From the NCBI GenBank assembly GCA_030390025.1, contig CM059432.1, forward strand, positions 97,714,001 to 97,778,000: 64,000 nt of DNA, given 5' to 3'. Under the pieces are notes generated by a model, which had not been told where the DNA came from, did no database searches, and saw only the letters and a list, made by a program, of their open reading frames with translations. The DNA is from Squalus acanthias. Lineage: Eukaryota. This document shows positions 23,110-36,920 of the stretch, one piece after another (position 1 is the first letter of the stretch; each line of letters opens with the position of its first letter). The translations under genes were made by a program, and so were the position numbers.

Positions 23110-26100
23110 TGCTGGAGTTTTGGCATGCCTGCCGTTGGAGATGGGGAGATGGGGACCTCCCAGCTACCTGGTGACACAATTAAATATCAGCCACCCACAT
23201 GTCATATGGTACTCGGTCATGTTGACTTGATTTCAACAGCGAGTGAAATTTGATCATCTACATAATGATCATCCTACCTTGCCAGTACTCATTTATGTCT
23301 TCTATCTCTGACAGAACCTTCATGCTGCAGCAGGAGTAACTGGAGATCGCAGACGACGATTCCTCAGAGAAGCTAAATCCGTCTGAGGGTGCACCGTCAC
23401 AGGACTCATGCTGACCATGCACCAGCTCAGATATTCACACTTTGGTGGGTCCAGTTAGAGAGATTGTTGGGTTTTCACCTGGTGACTCACACTTCACAAG
23501 CGAGCAAGAACAGATGATGGTGACAGGGACAGCAGTGGAGAGTCTGCGTGGGAGGGCGCAGCCCTCTCCAAGCTCTGCTCAACTGGACACAAATGTTGTA
23601 CCTCGGCGACCATCGATGAAAAAGAGAATCACTGAGTAGCAGCAGACAATGTGCGATGCACTGACAAGCCTTCCAGGCACACTGATCACGATTGCAGAGA
23701 GAATGGAGGAGTCCACCTCAAGCATGTGTAGGTTGATGTTCAGGGCATTATGATGATGTCTTCTTGTATGGATAGAGTGGCTAACTCTGTGGAACATCAA
23801 ATGCTCCAATCAAATGAGTCCATGCACGCCTTGACCATGGCCATGCAGACTCTGGATAACAACATGTCTGACACCTTAAATAGGAAGACAGACACCTTAG
23901 CCTTGGCCTCACAGCACCCCACTGATCTGCACCTGTGCTCTCCAGCACAGGGGCGGCAGTTAAATGTGGCTGGGCCATGAGAGGGATGATAGCGGAAAGG
24001 GACATGGAAGTGGGGACTTCACTCAAAGCGCTTCCACTTCTCACCCATTGCCCCCCGCACACCGCAGTCGGTACCCCACTTGCTACATCATCTCCCGATG
24101 GATGAGCCTGCCCCTGCACAAGTGCAGGTGGAACAGTCTTTGGCAGTGCCCTCACGGGCTCGAAAACCCAGAGGTCATCGGCCAAGAGCATCTCAGCAAT
24201 CAGAGCAGGGATGTAAGCAGCCTGCTTCTATCTCTGCTCAGCCACAGGGGTTCCAGGGCATGGGAGCAATAGGAAAAGGAAGACTAAAGCTTTGTATTTG
24301 CACAAGGGTATGCACTTGGGTGTATGATAAAATGTTATGTTGTTAAGTTTCTGTCCTTTACTTGAAGAACATAAATATTATTCTTTTGCACCAGTTTCCC
24401 ATCTGGGTTGCTGGCTGGCAAGTGGCCTTTTAAGTTGTTTGATGATGAATGGGAAGACATGAATTAACGGGGACCAATGGGGGATGTGCAAGGGCTGGTT
24501 GGTTGTTTGCAGGACTGTTTTGTATAAGTGGCATTGTTGGGGGGGTGGTGGCAGGGAGGTGGGAAGAATGACTGTTGCATGTGCTTGTGAGATTGATCCA
24601 TTAAGTGATCCTGACAATAATAAAAGCATCCCGGACAGGCATGTGAGCAGCTGAAGGTGCAGTGACCTCATCACCTTCCTCACCCTCGTCTTCTTCCTCC
24701 TCCTCCTCCTTGGAATCCTCCAATGATGATTTGCACTCTGCGTCTTGTTCCTCCTGCAGGTCCAAACCTCGCTGTTGCGCAATATTGTGCAGAGTGCAGC
24801 ACACCACGACCAGGTCTGTCTAGGCACCTGAAGCGCATATTCAGCATGCCGATGGATTGTTCGATCACACATCTGGTGGTGATATGGCATTCATTGTAAT
24901 GCTGTTGGGGGCTTCTTTGGTCGGGTTTCTGGCAGGTGTCATGAGCCAAGTTTTAAGTGGGTATCTCTTGTCTCCTCGCAGCCACCTCTTAAGTGTGCTC
25001 CAGGTCCTAAGACACCAGGGAGCTTGGACTGCCACAGAATGAAAGCATCAGGGAAACTCCCCAGGAATCTTGCACACACCTACATAAAGATCTTTTTGTA
25101 GTTGCACACCAGCTGCACATTAATAGAGTGGAAGCCCTTGCGGTTGACGAATACTCCTGGCTGATTTGTGGGTGCCCGGATTGCCATGTGCATGCAGTTG
25201 ATGACACACTGCACCTGTGGGAATCCACCCAGAGACGCAAACCCGAGCGACCGCTTATTCTGATTGCCATCATTGGAGGCGAAGTTGACATAATTTCCGG
25301 CCTTGGCAAACAAGCCATCAGCCACCTGTCTTATGCATTGTGGGCCGCCAACTGGGAGATCCTGCACATGTCTCCAGCAGACCGCTGGAAGGATCTGGAG
25401 GCAAAGAAGTTGAGGGCGGTGGTGACTTTGACAGCCACTGGTAAAGCATGGCTACCAGGTACAGCAGGCAGCAAGTCTTCTTCTAGCAGGCTGCAGATGT
25501 CTGCCATCTGACATGACAACCTGAGCCTCCTGAGACATTGCTGTTCGGACATGTCAAGGAAGATGATCCTCTTCCTGTAGAACCAGTGTCGTGGGTAGTG
25601 CCTCTTGTGAACTTCACCTCTCTGCTGCTCCCTCTCTACTGTGCAGCTACAGGTCCGTAACCAGCAGGCTGCTGCTGCTGTTGCTGGCCATTTTGGTCCT
25701 CATCTGAGGTCCAATCCAAGGCAGCCAAAGCGCCACCCATCCTGATATGATAGAACAAACCTCCAAAGTGTAGAAAATAAACTCTCAGCAAAAGTACTGT
25801 GAACAAACCCTTTCCCACCAGCAGATAAGAAAGGTGCTGTGAACACTGAGTAATTATTGCAATATTTCCATGAGATTGATTCAGCCCCCTCAATTGCCGC
25901 TGTGTACTCGCCTTGTTTTCACTGGCGAGTGTCAGGAAGCCTGACGTTAAAGTTAAAACTGTGTTTAAATATCGCTCTAATTGAGCGATTAACATATCTT
26001 AATAGTCAACCCGCCTCTCCCGAGGAGGGTGTGCGCACGCAGCCTAACGCGGTATAGTTAAATGCGGAAGTCGGCGGGTTGGAGCCGGCTTCCCGATGCG

Positions 26101-26171
26101 CTCATTTTCCCCGGTTTTAACCCTCCACTCGCACCCAAACCCGCACGCTCCTCCATGTTAAAACTTCCCCC
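23110..26171. mobile_element. Harbinger element (Myb-like 3' part +, HARBI1 -)
   Basis: Terminal region similar to 54000-54236; convergent genes. Confidence 0.8.
24601..25740 (-). pseudogene. HARBI1-like transposase, decayed
   Basis: LPVAVKVTTALNFF, GFPQVQCVINC, FVNRKGFHSINVQLVC, CCTLHN. Confidence 0.9.
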
Positions 26172-27620
26172 GTTAACTCTGTTTCTCTCTCCACAGATGC
26201 TGCCTGACCTGCTGAGTATTTCCAGCATTTTCTGTTTATATTTCAGATTTCCAGCATCGGCAGTATTTTGCCTTTTGTATTAGTGTTTAATTCACTGCCA
26301 CTTCTCTTCCAGGAATGCCCACATTGAAGAATGCTCTCCTCTCCAAAGGGATTTCCGTTTGTTTCTTTTACCTTGTTCACCTTCATTGCTCTCTGTTTCC
26401 CTTCTTGTGTTTGAGCAGGTATCTACTAAAACTTACTTTCACAGCCACATCTTCTTCCTCAGCAACTGTCTCCGGCTCCCAATTATTCCACATGGATTCC
26501 AACTGAAATTTCACCCTTCATATATTGGATCCACCCATGATTACAGATATCTGCAAGATATTCAACGTTCCTCGAACCACTGCTCTTGTTGCTTCCTAAG
26601 ATCCACGCTCAAAGCCATACACTGCCACATGCACCCTCTTGACCTCTCTCTTCATCAGCATTGACTCTTTCTATCTCAAAGCTATCCTGGTCCGCAGTTG
26701 CATTTCATCCTTCACCTCATCCGGCGCTTTAACAAAAAATGTTTTTTCTTCCTTCCAGTTGTCAAGGACCGCAAGCTTCACCAACTCTTAGAAACCAACG
26801 GACCTCCGGATTCTTCTTCCCTTTCACTTTCCTCTGACCCCATCCCTCCTTCCAATTTCACCCTTTGCCGTGTTTTCACTATCCCCTCTGACCTTCCCTT
26901 CTCTGACCCTGAACAATCGGTTTTCAGCAAAGGCCTCAGCTTCATTACCTTACGCCCCCACTTTAATGAATTTCGGGCTCGGCACATTGTTGAGCTCTTC
27001 TTCCTTCGCCTTCACCTCCGCGACCACTTCTTTGGCCAGGAGTCTTCCCCCCTTTCTCACACCTTCAAAATTCTAATTCCACATGGATCCCTTCCTCTGG
27101 CCTCTTACCCTCTCTAGATCTTTTCATTGGGAACTGCCAGCGTGACATCGGACGTCTCAAGTTTTCTATTCCATTCACTCACTCTAACCTACCTCCGTCT
27201 GAACTTGCAGCACTCTGTTCTCTCACGTGCAACCTTGACATTGCCATTAAACCTGCTGACAAAGATGGAACTGAGCTCTACCTTGCGGAAGCTGAATGCC
27301 AACTCTCCAGCACCTCCTCCTACCTCCCCCTGGACCATGACCCTAACATCAAACATCAAGCCATCATTTCCCAGACCGTCACTGATCTCATCTCCTCTGG
27401 AGGGAGATCTTCCCTCCACAGCCTCAAACCTCATAGTTCCCCAATCCCACAGAGCCCACTTCTACCTCCTTCCCAAGATTCACAAACAGGACTACCCTGG
27501 TAGACCCATTGTTTCAGCCTGTTCTTGCCCCACGGAACTGATTGCTTCCTATCTCGACTCTACTTTTTCTCCTCTTGTCCATCTCTTCTGACCTATATCT
27601 GTGACTCTTCCGACGTACTC
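26172..27620 (+). mobile_element. Penelope-like retroelement 5' part (pLTR + RT N-terminus)
   Basis: [30 protein letters not shown]...PTE, LF.MDI; cut by CR1 at 27621. Confidence 0.85.
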
Positions 27621-28815
27621 CAGTACTTTAACAGTTTCCAGTTTCCTGGCCCTAACCGTCTCCTTTTCATCATGGACATCCATAGAAACATAGAAGATAG
27701 GAGCATGAGTAGGCCATTCGGCCTCTCGAGCCTGCTCCAACATTCAATGTGATCATGGCTGATCATCCAAATTCAGTACCCTGTCCCTGCTTTCTCCCCA
27801 TATCCCTTGATCCCCTTAGCATTAAGAAATATATCTAACTCCTTCTTGAATATATTTAATGAATTGGACTCAACTGTCTTCTGTGGTAGAGAATTCCACA
27901 GGTTCACCACTCTCTGGGTGAAGAAATTCCTCCTCATCTCTGTCCTAAATGGATTACCCCTTATCCTTAGACTGTGACACCTGGTTCTGGGCTCCCCCAC
28001 CATCGGGAACATCCTTCCTGCATCTAGTCTGTCTAGCCCTGTTAGAATTTTATAAGTTTCAATGAGATCCCCTCTCATTCTTCTAAACTCTAGCGAATAC
28101 AAGCCCAATCGACCCAATCTCTCTTCATACATCATTCCTGCCATCCCAGGTATCAGTCTGGTGAATCTTCGCTGCACTCTCTCCATGGCAAGAACATCCT
28201 TCCTCAGATAAGGTGACCAAAACTGCACACAATACTCAAGGTGTGGTCTCACCAAGGCCCTGTACAACTGCAGCAAGACATCCTTGCTCCTGTACTCAAA
28301 TCCGCTCGCTACGAAGGCCAACATACCATTTGCCTTCTGAACCACCTGCTGCACCTGCATGCTTACCTTCAGCGACTGGTGCACAAGGACACCCAGGTCT
28401 CGTTGCACTTCCCCTTTTCCCAATCTATTGCCCTGCAGATAATAATCTGCCTTCCTGTTTTTGCCACCAAAGTGGATAACCTCGCATTTATCCACATTAT
28501 ACTGCATCTGCCATGCATCTGCCCAATCACCCAAATCATACTGGAGCTTCTCTGCATCATCCTCACAGCACACACGCCCACGCAGCTTTGTGTCGTCTGC
28601 AAACTTGGAGATATTACATCTAGTTCCCTCGTCTAGATCATTAATATATATTGTGAATAACTGGGGTCCTAGCACCGATCCCTGCGGTACCCCACTAGTC
28701 ACTGCCTGCCACTCGGAAAAAGACCCGTTTATTCCAACTCTTTGCTTCCTGTTTGCCAACCAGTTTTCTATCCAGGACAGTACCTTACCCCCAATCCCTT
28801 GTGCTTTAACTTTGC
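27621..28815 (-). mobile_element. 5'-truncated CR1 LINE
   Basis: RT C-terminal half and tail; closely related to 32411-34898. Confidence 0.95.
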
Positions 28816-30111
28816 CATGTGGGGACTCCAGGACACCTCCCATGTCCTCTACAACCACATGTGCAGGAAGTGTCGTCAGCTGGAGGAGCTCAAGTTCCGT
28901 TTTTTGAGCTTGAGCAGCAGCTGGCGTCACTGCGGTGCATCCGTGAGGCTGAGAGCTTCGTGGATAGCACGTTTCAGGAGGTGGTCACCCCGCAGATAAA
29001 GAGTGTACAGGCAGAAAGGGAATGGGTGACCGCCAGACAGAAGAGGAGGACCAGGCAGGAAGTGCAGAAGTTCCCTGAGTGCATCTCGCACTCCAACCAG
29101 TATTCAATTCTGAGTACTGGTGAGGGCGATGGTTCCTCTGGGGAGTATAGCCAGAGCCAAGTCTGCGGCACCACGGGTAGAAGAGTGGGAAAGCAAGAAA
29201 GCAATAGTGGTATGGGATTCGATAGTTAGGGGAGCAGACAGGCGTTTCTGTGGCCGTAGACGTGATTCCAGGATGGTATGTTGCCTCCCTGGTGCCACTG
29301 TCAAAGATGTCACTGAGCGGCTGCAGAACATTCTGAGGCAGGAGGGTGAACAGCCATAGGTCGTGGTCCATATCGGTACCAACGACATAGGTAGAAAGAG
29401 GGATGAGGTCCTGCAGGCAGATTTCAGGGAGCTAGGAAAGAGATTAAAAGCAGGACCTCAAAGGTAGTAATCTCTGGATTACTCCCGGTGCCACGCTCTA
29501 GTGAGTATAGAAATAGGAGGATAGCGTAGATCAATACGTGGCTGCAGAGATGGTGCAGGAGGGAGGGCTTTTGATTCCTGGGACATTGGGACCAGTTCTG
29601 GGGGAGGTGGGACCTGCACAGGCTGGACGGGTTGCACCTCAACAGGGCCGGAACCAATATCCTCGCGGGGAGATTTGCTAGTGCTGTTGCGGAGGGTTAA
29701 ACTAAGTTGGCAGGGGGATGGGCACCAGGATGTAACATTAGAAAGGGGAAATAAAGTGCTCAAAGGATTGGGAGATGCAGAGAGCACTAAAGTAAGAAAT
29801 AGTAAGGTATTAGGAGGTGTCAAACTAAGAGAGAATACAGGATGGTCTAAGATGGGTTTATAGTGTATGTATGTGAACGCATGAAGCATAGTAAACAAGG
29901 TAAGTGAGCTGCAGGCACAAATAGCCACATGGGAATATGATGTTGTGGCAATACCTGAGACCTGGCTCAAAAAAAGGCAGGATTGGGTATTAAATATTCC
30001 TGGTTATAAAGTGTTCAGGAAAGATAGGGAAGGAAAGATAGGATTGGCAGTATTAGTCAAGGAGAATGTTACAGTGCTGGAGAGGGAGGATGTCCTGGAG
30101 GGGTCAAGGAC

Positions 30112-31806
30112 TGTAAGGGGTGCCGGCGTGCTTGTATCACAGACGGTGCTGGTGCGAGGTTAGGCCTTCGTTGCCTAATACTATTGCTTGCTCTGGTCTC
30201 CGGCCAGCCTTGTTGCAATAAGCACCTGTGAGTGGTTCGACCCACTCGCCCTTACGGTTCTAACACTGGACTTAGGTGCGAGAGCAGTAATGCAGAGAAA
30301 AACTCAAATAGACCCGGTTGAATAGTACGAAATGGAAATCTTTATTGCATAGCGTCCAAAATCATGAAGTACATGTCATAGGCACAAATTAACGAGAGTA
30401 CAAGTATACATACATTCATAAATCTTGGTCTATGGTAATGAAGAACGCACGGCACATCGTAAAAAGGGGAACACATTATACTTTATCCTTAATAAAACCA
30501 CCCTCCCCTATCAATACCTACACTACATCTAGATTTGTAGGATCGGGAAACATGCTCACCACTCGTGATACTTCGGAGAATTTCAAAGTGAGGCACTCGG
30601 CTCGTTTCGCTGCAGCGCCTGACTGTCACGTGTTTGGAGGGGTCTCTGTACCCCACTTGTTTATCTTCGCTGCTGCGGCAAGCAGGCTGGGCTCCCTGTT
30701 GTCATGAAGAACTCGACAGCACTCGGGCCCGGCTGTAGAACTCAAAGAAAAGTCTTCCTGTACCGACACCAGTTGTCGGTAGAATTCAAAGAAGAGTCTT
30801 TGACCGGTTCGTGCAATAACCTGTAGAGTTCAAGAAGTGGGTCTTATATTTTCAGGCGCGGTCGGGGTTTACTGGCACGTGGATTCTTCTTCTTTTCTTG
30901 TCATTTCGTCTTGTCTTGTTGGGCCTTCGGGTCCAGACACCATTTACCGACTCTCGGGATGGTGCACCCGGTCACTTGCCTTCGTCGAGGCGGCTCGTTC
31001 CGATTGAGCTCCACCCAACATTCGAATAACCGTCCAGTGCGGCTAAAGTCCAGAGTCAACAGAGTCCAGAGAAAACACAGAAGCCTGCTCGTCCAGCAGA
31101 GCGATACCCGAGGATCAGAATAGGAGAATAAGAGTTCAGCCCGAGTCAAGAGTCAGCAGAGATAAGAGAGCGATGGACATTTGTTCACTATAGTTATAGT
31201 GCTGTGTTCCCTTATCTCCCGCCCAAATCTTAATGTTTGTCCTTTGTGAAATATTGGCGCTCAAAACTGCCAGCATGGGGCGATTCTTGTCTTTAACGGG
31301 TTTCGGTAGCACCTGAAACTGGCCAACTACCCGTTAATGTTTTCCCCATTGTTGAACCGGCTAGGAGCCTCCCTGGCTGGGTTTTGGGGGCCCCCGAATA
31401 CTTGTTTAATCACCCGAGAATGGCTCTCTCATTGTAGAGCCGTGGGGGTATTTGTGTATAGATGTGTCTGGATGGGCCTTCGATTGCCCAGTACAATGGT
31501 CCTTACTTGTGCATGGAAAACAATTCCAGCACTCATATCTTTTGCTATTGTCACAAATGCAAACAGGTTGCATCCTGTCTTTATCAGTGCTTATCGAGTA
31601 TGATCCCGTCTTATATTGAAATATTTATTCGAACGCCATCTTGTCTGCCCACTGTAATTCTGGAAGCTTCTGCCACGATGCGCGGTGGCCATTTTACAGG
31701 CTTCTGTGCCCTTTATAATCATGACAGCATTTTGTTTAAATAAACTGATCAAACGAATCTGCTTCTCTCTCATTATTTTGAATCGCGATAATTGCGAAAC
31801 TTTACA
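30112..31806 (-). mobile_element. Solo LTR of the env-bearing family (1695 bp)
   Basis: TGTAA...TTACA termini; flanked by GAC/GAC; contiguous CR1 coding sequence on both sides. Confidence 0.92.
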
Positions 31807-32410
31807 GACAGAATCTATATGGCTAGAGTTAAGAAACAATGGAGGTGCCATTACACTACGAGGTGTATTCTTTTGACCACCAAATAGTGGGAAAGCTATG
31901 GAGGAGCAAGTTTGCAGAGAAATTACAGAGAGGTGCGAGAACTATAGAGTAGTAATAATGGGGGACTTCAAATATCCTAATGTAGACAGGGATCGTAATA
32001 GTGTCAATAGCAGAGAAGGTGAATAATTTCTGAAGTGTTTCAGTAGAACTTTCTTGATCAGTATGTTACCAGCCCGACGAGGGAGGAGGCATTGCTGGAT
32101 CTGGTTCGGGGAATGAGGTAGGTCAAGTGGAGCAAGTGTCAGTATTTTGGAAACAGTGATCATAGTACCATAAGGTTTAGATTAGTTATGAAAAAGGACA
32201 GGGAGCAATCTAGAGTAAAAATGCTTAACTGGGGGAAGGCCAATTTCAGTGGGATGAAAACGGATCTGGCCCGGATAAACTGGAATCAAAGATTGGTAGG
32301 CAAAACTGTAATGGAACAATGGGCTGCCTTTAAAGAGGAAATAGTTCAGGTACAGTTGAGGTACATTCCCACTCGGGGGAAAGGCAGGGCAACTAAAGTC
32401 AGGGCTCCTG

Positions 32411-34898
32411 GGTTATCATGGGTGACTTTAATCTACATATAGATTGGACTAACCAAATTAGTAACAATACTATGGAGGGGGAATTCCTGGAGTGTATACG
32501 GGATGGTTTCCTGGACCAATATGTCGAGGAACCAACTAGAGATCAGGCCATCTTAGACTGGGTAATATGTAATGAGAAAGGAATAATTAGCAATCTTGTT
32601 GTGCGAGGCCCCTTGGGCCGGAGCGATCATAATATGATAGAATTCTTCATTAAGATGTAGAGTGAAGTATTTGACTCAGAGACTAGGGTCCTGAATTTAA
32701 ATAAAGAAAAGTACGATGGTATGAGGCGCGAATTGGGTAGGATTGATTGGGGAATGTTACTCAAAGGGTTGAAAGTGGATAGGCAATGGCAAACATTTAA
32801 AGATCGCATGGATGAACTACAGAATTTGTTCATCCCTGTTTGGCATAAAAATAAAACAAAAAAGGTGAATATACCGTGGCTAACAAGGGAAATTAGGGAT
32901 AGCATAAGATCCAAGGAGAGCACATATAAATTGGCCAGAAAAAGCAGCAAACCTGAGGATTGGGAGCAGTTTAGGATTCAGCAAAGGAGGACAAAGGCAT
33001 TAATTAAGAGGGGGAAAATAGAATATGAGAGTAAGCTTTCAGGGAACATAAAAACTGACTGTAAAAGCTTCTATAGATATGTGAAGAGAAAAAGATTAGT
33101 GAAGTCAAGCATAGGTCCCTTGCAGTCAGAATCAGGGGAATTTATAATGGGGAACAAAAAAATGGCAGACCAATTAAATACATATTTTGGTTCTGTCTTC
33201 ACAAAGGAGGACACAAATAACCTCCCAGAGATGTCGGGGAACATAGGGTCTAATGAGAGAGAGGAACTGAAAGAAATCAGTATTTGTAGGGAAATGGTGT
33301 TAGGGAAATTGACGGGATTGAAGGCTGATAAATCCCCAGAGCCTGATAATCTACATCCTAGGGTACTTAAGGAAGTAGCCCTAGAAATAGTAGATGCATT
33401 ACTGGTCATCTTCCAAAATTCTATAGACTCTGGAACAGTTCCCATGGATTGGAGGGTAGCTAATGTTACCCCACTATTCAAAAAAGGTGGTAGAGAGAAA
33501 ATGGGGAATTATGGACCGGTAAGCCTGACATCGGTAGTGGGGAAAATGCTAGAATCCATTATAAAAGATGTAATAGCAGAGCACTTGGAAAACAGTGACA
33601 GGATCGGTCAAAGTCAACATGGATTTACAAAAGGTAAATCGTGCTTGACTAATCTACTGGAATTTTTTGAGGATGTAACTGGTAAAATAGATAAGGGAGA
33701 ACCAGTGGATGTGGTGTATTTGGACTTTCAGAAGGCTTTCGATAAGGTCCTGCATAACAGATTAGTGTGTAAAGTTAAGGCACATGGGATTTGGGGCAGG
33801 GTACTGACTTGGATAGAGAACTGGTTGGCAGACAGGAAGCAAAGAGTTGGAATAAACGGGTCTTTTTCCGAGTGGCAGGCAGTGACTAGTGGGGTACTGC
33901 AGGGATCGGTCCTAGGACCCCAGCTAATGATCTAGACGAGGGAACTAGATGTAATGTCTCCAAGTTTGCAGACGACACAAAACTGGGTGGGCATGTGTGC
34001 TGTGAGGAGGATGCCGAGAAACTCCAGTATGATATGGATAAGTTGGGTGATTGGGCAGATGCATGGCAAATGCAGTACAATGTGGATAAATGCGAGGTTA
34101 TGCACTTTGGTGGCAAAAACAGGAAGGCAGATTATTATCTGAAAGGCAATAGATTGGGAGAAGGGGAATTGCAATGAGACCTGGGTGTCCTTGTGCACCA
34201 GTCGCTGAAGGTGAGCATGCAGGTGCAGCAGGCGGTTCAGAAGGCAAATGGTATGTTGGCCTTCGTAGCGAGAGAGTTCGAGTACAGGAACAAGGATGTC
34301 TTGCTGCAGTTGTACAGAGCCTTGGTGAGACCACATCTTGAGTATTGTGTGCAGTTTTGGTCACCTTATCTGAGGAAGGATGTTCTTGCCATGGAGGGAG
34401 TGCAGCGAAGATTCACCAGACTGATACCTGGGATGGCAGGAATGACGTATGAGGAGAGATTGGGTCGATTGGGCTTATACTCGCTGCAGTTTAGAAGAAT
34501 GAGAGGGGATCTCATTGAAACTTATAAAATTCTAACAGGACTAGACAGACTAGATGCAGGAAGGATGTTCCCGATGGCCGGGGAGTCCAGAACCAGGGGT
34601 CACAGTCTAAGGATAAGGGGTAAGCCATTTAGGACAGAGATGAGGAGGAATTTCTTCACCCAAAGAGTGGTGAACCTGTGGAATTCTCTACCACAGAAGG
34701 CAGTTGAGGCCAACTCATTAAATATATTCAAGAAGGAGTTAGATATATTTCTTAAGGCTAAAGAGATCAAGGGTTATGGGGAGAAGGCAGGGACAGGGTA
34801 CTGAATTTGGATGATCAGCCATGATCTCATTGAATGGCGGAGCAGGCTCGAGAGGCCGAATGGCCTACTCCTGCTCCTATCTTCTATGATTCTATGAT
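32411..34898 (+). mobile_element. CR1 nested within CR1
   Basis: MGDFN...RT motifs; TTCTATGA tail. Confidence 0.93.
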
Positions 34899-36920
34899 TC
34901 TCCCTGGATGATGAAAGAGACAGAGAATATGATAAAGCAGAAAAAGAGCGCGTATGACAGATGTCAGGTTGCAAATACACCTGAGAATCAGGCTATATAT
35001 AGAAAGGTCAGAGGAGAAGTGAAAAAGAAATAAGAGGGGCTAAGAGAGGGTATGAGAATAGAATGGCAGCTAACATAAAAGGTAATCCAAAAGTATTTTC
35101 TAGGCATATAAATAGTAAACGGGTAGGAAGAGGAGGGGTGGGGTTGATTAGGGACCAAAAAGGAGACCTATGCATGGAGGCAGAGGGTATGACTGAGGTA
35201 CTAAATGAATACTTTGCATCTATCTTCAGCAAGGAAGAGGATGCTGCCATAGACATAGTAAAGAAGGAGGTGGTGGAGATACTTGATAGGATAAAAATTG
35301 ATAATAAGGAGGTATAAGAAAGGCTGGCTGTACTTAAAGTAGATAAGTCCCCAGGAGCGGATGGGATGCATCCTAGGATGCTGAGGGAATTGAGGGAGGA
35401 AACCGTGGAGGTACTGGCCATAATATTCCAATCCTCCTTAGAAATGGGGGTGGTGCCAGAGGACTGGAGAATTGCAAATTTTAAACCATTGTTCAAAAAA
35501 GGGTGTAAAGATAAACCCAGCAACTACAAGCCAGTCAGTTTGACTTCGGTAGTGGAGAAGCTTTTAGAAACAGTAATCAGGGACAAAATTAACAGTCACT
35601 TGACAAATGTGGATTAATTAAGGAAAGCCAACACGGATTTGTTAAAGGCAAATCATGTTTAACTAATTTGATTGAGTTCTTTGATGAGGTAACAGAGAGG
35701 GTTGATGAGGGTAATGCAGTTGACGTAGTGTACATGGATTTCCAAAAGGCGTTCGACAAAGTGCCAGATAATAGGCTTGCCAGCAAAGTTGAAGCCCATG
35801 GAATAAAAGGGACAGTGGCAGCATGGATATGGAATCGGCTAAGTGACAGGAAACAGAGAGTAGTGGTGAACGGTTGTTTTTCGGACTGGAGGATGGTACA
35901 CAGTGGTGTTCCCCAGGGGTCAGTTCTAGGACCACTGATTTTCTTGATATATATTAATGACTTGGATGTGGGTGTACAGGGTACAAATTCAAAATTTGCA
36001 GATGACACAAAACTTGGAAGTATAGTGAACAGTGAGGAGGAGAGTGATAGACTTCAAGAAGACATAGGTAGGCTGGTGAAATGGGCGGACACGTGGTAGA
36101 TGAAATTTAATGCAGAAAAGTGTGAGGTGATACATTTGGTAGAAAGAATGAGGAGAGGACATATAAACTAAATGGTACAATCCTGATGGGGGTGCACGAA
36201 CAGAGAGACCTGGGGGTATGTGTGCACAAATCGTTGAAGGTGGCAGTGCAGGGCAGGTTGAGAAAGCATTTAAAAAGGCTTAAGGGATCCTGGGCTTCAT
36301 CAATAGAGGTATAGAGTACAAAAGTGTGGAAATTATGATGAACCTGCATAAAACACTGGTTCGGCCCCAACTGGAGTACTGTGTCCAATTCTGGGCAGCA
36401 CACTTTAGGAAGGATGTGAAGGCCTTAGAGAAGGTGCAGAAAGATTTACGAGAATGATTCCAGGGATGAGGGACTTCAGTTACGTTGATAGACTGGAGAA
36501 GCTGGGGTTGTTCTCCTTGGAGCAGAGAAGATTGAGAGGAGATTTGATAGAGGTGCTCAAAATCATGAGGCGTCTGGATAGAGTAGGTAATGGGAAACTG
36601 TTCCCATTGGCAGAAGGGTCGAGAACCAGAAGACACAGATTTAAGGTGATTGGCAAAAGAACCAAAGGCGACGTAAGAAAAAACTTTTTTACGCAGCGAG
36701 TGGTTAAGATCTGGAATGCGCTGCCTGAAAGGGTGGTGGAGGCAGATTCAATCATGGCTTTCAAAAGGGAGTTGGCTAAGTATATGAAGGAAAGAAGTTT
36801 GCAGGGCTACAGGGAAAGGGCGGGGGAGTGGGACTAGCTGAAGTGCTCTTGCAGAGAGCCGGCACGGGCTCAACGGGCTGAATGGCCTTCTTTTGTGCTG
36901 TAACCATTCTATGATTCTAT

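Larger units (their letters stand above)
28816..36920 (+). mobile_element. Near full-length CR1 (ORF1 Zn-finger/SGNH esterase + ORF2), split by a solo LTR and a second CR1
   Basis: HMCRKC, DSIVRG, CCLPGA, VHIGTND; ORF2 EGSR|TESIWLEL rejoins across the LTR and resumes again after 34898; TTCTATGA tail. Confidence 0.9.

Noticed and set aside
27773..28930. 385-aa RT ORF with a novel N-terminus
   Set aside because: Chance read-through from antisense CR1 ORF1 into a truncated CR1.
1..31806. The two LTRs as ends of one 32-kb provirus
   Set aside because: The second LTR is flanked by contiguous CR1 coding sequence with its own TSD and is clearly diverged.
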